Shown here: piece by piece, positions 58,789 through 64,000 of the stretch
Layout of the letters: every line of letters begins with the position of its first letter
Position numbering within the stretch: position 1 is the first letter of the stretch
Source of the DNA: Candidatus Acidiferrum sp.
Lineage (GTDB): Bacteria > Acidobacteriota > Terriglobia > Acidiferrales > UBA7541
NCBI GenBank assembly: GCA_035314345.1
Contig: DATFZQ010000068.1
Location: forward strand, 7,765-71,764
Length of the DNA: 64,000 nt
Reading direction: 5' to 3'
Position numbers and translations under genes: made by a program
The notes under the pieces: generated by a model
Databases searched by the model: none
What the model was told of the DNA's origin: nothing
What the model saw: the letters and a program-made list of their open reading frames with translations, nothing else

Positions 58789-59219
58789 TCGGTCCCGTCG
58801 CCGCGACCTTTCCTTCCGCGAAGCAGCTCTCCTCGTGGGTGGGCGCCTGCCCCGGCGACGACGAGAGCGCGGGTGTGAACTACAGCCACCGCTGCCCGCA
58901 GGGCAACCGCCAAATGCGGCGCGTTCTCAACCAGGCGGCCAACGCCGCAGCCAGGACCAAAGGCAGCATCTTCGAGATCGTGTATTGCCGCTCGGTCCCG
59001 CGCCTGGGACATAATCAAACCATCGGGGCCATTGCCCATCGACAGTGCCGGCTGATTTGGTTGATCCTACACCAGGCAGTTCGTTACCAAGAACTGGGCC
59101 CAGCCGTCACCAAACAATCAAAAAAGAGGCGCACGAGGCAACTCCGAAGTCTCGGCTATCGGATCGAGCCACCGAATCCACAACAATCCAGTCCAGCACA
59201 AGGACAGTGATTTTCAACC
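58789..59219 (+). mobile_element. IS110-family remnant (transposase C-terminal part plus right end)
   Basis: VGPVAATFPSAKQLSSWVGACPGDDESAG..GNRQMRR..AIAHR; N-terminal DEDD domain absent. Confidence 0.85.
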
Positions 59220-59339
59220 AGTGGCAAACAAAAGAGTTATGAGTGAGGTAGGTCGTAAGAGTGGCAACGAAAGGACTTAAAGTAGCCGGATTTTCAGAGC
59301 GTTGCAGAGAGCCTGCAAGAGTGGCAGGGAAAGGAGTTA
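59220..59339 (+). repeat. Three copies of AGTGGCA-N3-AAARGASTTA
   Basis: Copies start at 59220, 59260 and 59320. Confidence 0.8.
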
Positions 59340-59714
59340 CGTGAACATTGGGCGACGATTTGAATTGAGAGAGTAAAGCAGGCCGAAAAAGACGCTTGGC
59401 CTGAAGCTGACGCAGGTTGGGGACGGGAACTGTGAGACAAGGGGATGAGACGAATGGAGTTGCAATTAAGGTTGCTGCGTGTTGAACAATTACCGGCTGT
59501 GGAAAAACCGGGAAGCGTTAGGGTGACGGAGGAAGCTGAGACGGCAAAAGAAAAAGAGGACGTAAGAGAGTTGAGCGAGGAGGAAGACGGGAAACGGTGG
59601 CATGGGATTAGCCAAAAAGCAAAGACAATTACAGGGAACAGTCGAAAATTAGCTTTTAACGGCAATTAGTTGGATTGAACTACAACGCTGGGAGGCGTGA
59701 AGAAAGCTGAACAC

Positions 59715-59739
59715 CCCAGACGCAAAGCGGGCGTCTGGG
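59715..59739. repeat. REP-like palindrome / terminator after S9 gene
   Basis: CCCAGACGC-AAAGCGG-GCGTCTGGG. Confidence 0.55.
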
Positions 59740-59776
59740 ACACCCGCACCCGCCGCCACATCTATGTGATTTGAAG

Positions 59777-61936
<2,160 letters not shown>

Positions 61937-62113
61937 GGCGATAGCTCCTAGGACGAGATTGCATGCGAATCCGCAAGAGTGCGAAGAACAGAAAGCGGAG
62001 TTTAGCACATGCTCAAATGAGGAAGCGGGATGGGAGGGGAACGGGTGCGGAACTGTTACGGCGGTGAGAGCTACGGTTGAAGACTGTGGCACTGGATGAC
62101 TTTTGCGTTCGTC

Positions 62114-62139
62114 GGAGCACAGGCTGAAGCCTGTGCTCC
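62114..62139. repeat. REP-like palindrome
   Basis: GGAGCACAGGCT-GA-AGCCTGTGCTCC. Confidence 0.7.
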
Positions 62140-62294
62140 TGGACCTGCGCGGAAGGACAGTTTTCGTGGATGAAAAAAGATTCGGCGAGACGCATTTTCT
62201 TGTTGCATGCAGGGATGAAACTTGTATTCTTCGAATGCGAACTCACTTCACCCAGCGCGCGAGTGAGAATCGCTAAGGAGGACGAGAGTAAAAA

Positions 62295-63713
62295 TTGAGT
62301 TCTTTATCCCTGCCTGCCCAAATTCCTTCCCAAGCAATTTCATCCGCGAAAAAAAGGGTCGCCAAGCTGACGCTCTGGCCGCTTGTGGCGGCGACGTTTT
62401 TCATGGTGTCCGGCGGGACGTATGGGACGGAAGAGATCGTTCATGGGGCGGGCTACGGGCACGGGATTTTGATTCTCTTGTTCTTGCCGGTGCTGTGGTG
62501 CCTGCCGACCGCGTTCATGATTGGAGAACTTTCGAGCGCTTTGCCGGCGGAGGGCGGGTACTACGCCTGGGTTCGGCGCGGGCTGGGAAATTTCTGGGGA
62601 TTTCAAGAGGCGTGGCTGTCTTTGGCAGCCAGCATCTTTGACATGGCCATCTACCCGACTCTGTTCGGGTTTTATCTGAAGCAGATGTCGCCGTGGTTCG
62701 GGTCGGAGAGTCATGCGGTGATGGCGGGGCTGTTTGTGGTGGTGACTTGCGCGCTGCTGAACGTGGCGGGGATTCGCGTAGTGGGAATCACTTCGCTGTG
62801 GCTGTTTTTCTTTCTTTCGGCGCCGTTTGCAGTGATTGTAGTGATGGCGCCCTTTAAAGTTGGAGCTTTCGCGAACGGCCACGGCGCGCCGGAAGTGGCC
62901 GGCCTGGGCCTAGTGGGTGGCGTGCTCGTGGCGATGTGGAATTACATGGGATGGGACAACGCGTCGACGATCGCGCAGGAAGTGGAGAGGCCGCAGCGTA
63001 CCTATCCGAAGGCGATGATCGCGGCGGTCGTGCTGGTATCGCTAACCTATGTGCTGCCTTTTCTGGCGGTGTACTTTACCGGAATCCCGGCCTCTTCATT
63101 TGAAGCAGAGGGTGCTTGGGCGACGGTTGCAGGGCTGATTGGTGGAAAAATCTTGGGGTTCGAGTGGCTGCGCTTTTTGATTGTAATTGGCGGAATGATG
63201 AGTGCGTTTGGGATGTTCAACGCGCTGGTGATGAGTTATTCGAGGTTGCCGCTGGCGATGGCACGTGACGGCATGCTCCCGAAGGTGTTTGCACAGACGA
63301 CCGTGAAGACGCAAGCGCCGTGGGTAGCGATTTTGGTATGCGCTGGATGCTGGGCGCTTTGTCTGGGTTTGAAATTCGAAAAGCTCGTCACGTTGGACAT
63401 TATGTTGTATGGAGCCAGCTTGATGCTGGAGTTTGTGACGCTGGTGGTTCTGCGAATCCGCGAGCCGGAACTGAAGCGCGGGTTCCGAGTGCCCGGCGGG
63501 CTGACAGGGGCGATTATGGCGGGAGTTTTTCCGCTGCTTTTGATGAGCCTGGCGATGGTGAAGAGCTGGAGTGAAACCATACTCGGGATCAACGGCATGC
63601 TATTTGGCGGGATCATCATCGCCGCCGGATTTGGTCTTTATTGGGCGACTAAACCCTTGCGTCGGTCGGTGATCGCACCGGCGGCCACGCCGAACGCGGT
63701 TACCGGCGACTAA
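62295..63713 (+). CDS. APC family amino acid/polyamine permease
   Basis: VSGGTYGTE, EGGYYAWV, WNYMGWD, SRLPLAMARDG; about 12 TM segments. Confidence 0.9.
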   Translation: MSSLSLPAQIPSQAISSAKKRVAKLTLWPLVAATFFMVSGGTYGTEEIVHGAGYGHGILILLFLPVLWCLPTAFMIGELSSALPAEGGYYAWVRRGLGNFWGFQEAWLSLAASIFDMAIYPTLFGFYLKQMSPWFGSESHAVMAGLFVVVTCALLNVAGIRVVGITSLWLFFFLSAPFAVIVVMAPFKVGAFANGHGAPEVAGLGLVGGVLVAMWNYMGWDNASTIAQEVERPQRTYPKAMIAAVVLVSLTYVLPFLAVYFTGIPASSFEAEGAWATVAGLIGGKILGFEWLRFLIVIGGMMSAFGMFNALVMSYSRLPLAMARDGMLPKVFAQTTVKTQAPWVAILVCAGCWALCLGLKFEKLVTLDIMLYGASLMLEFVTLVVLRIREPELKRGFRVPGGLTGAIMAGVFPLLLMSLAMVKSWSETILGINGMLFGGIIIAAGFGLYWATKPLRRSVIAPAATPNAVTGD

Positions 63714-63790
63714 GCTGCCGCGCGGCGGGCGCGCTGCTGGTATACTCCACAATTCATTTCACAAATCTCTTTCCATTTGGAGACAAGACC

Positions 63791-64000
63791 GTGAAGAAGC
63801 TGCGGCTTTCCCTACTACTCCTGCTAGTTGTTGGTGTCGCCCTGCTTGTGCACGCGACGGCTGCGGCTTTGCCGGATGTTGGCCAGAAATTCGATCAAAA
63901 ATTCTTTGGAGAGATGAAATGGCGGTCGATTGGCCCGTTTCGCGCGGGGCGGTCGTTGGCACTCGCCGGAGTGCGCGGGCAACCGGAGGTCTACTATTTC
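63791..64000 (+). CDS. BNR-repeat / VPS10-like glycosyl hydrolase (partial, runs off window)
   Basis: GTG start, signal peptide, MKWRSIGPFRAGRSLALAGVRGQPEVYYF. Confidence 0.75.
   Translation, partial: MKKLRLSLLLLLVVGVALLVHATAAALPDVGQKFDQKFFGEMKWRSIGPFRAGRSLALAGVRGQPEVYYF

Noticed and set aside
59220-59339. CRISPR array
   Set aside because: Repeats are degenerate and only 20 bp, spacers are unequal (20 and 40 bp), and there are no cas genes
59294-59669. ORFs 59294..59665 (-) and 59445..59669 (+)
   Set aside because: Low-complexity products of purine skew with no domain signal

Overview
GC-rich bacterial chromosome segment. The ADOP permease, Oar-type TonB receptor and several S9 peptidases point to Acidobacteriota (inference). 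In order: (1) the end of a probable ssrA-integrated island (tmRNA 3' fragment, 3264-3284); (2) an NHEJ locus with ku and ligD, a co-transcribed MerR-TPR gene, DUF2277 and DUF72, plus a displaced second copy of the ligD 3' end; (3) stress and envelope genes; (4) a 12.5 kb aromatic catabolic cluster; (5) a porin / RcnR-type repressor / PagL-like / Prx block; (6) a long peptide- and glycoside-scavenging region with an IS110 remnant sitting inside a local repeat. The strongest candidate for an undescribed system is cluster (4). It joins the O2-dependent box pathway (aryl-CoA ligase, boxD, boxR, boxC, boxB, but no boxA) to an amidohydrolase and an hcrCAB-like (4-hydroxybenzoyl-CoA reductase-type) molybdoenzyme whose family-conserved catalytic Glu is Gln. 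All calls come from motif recognition by eye; no searches were run.
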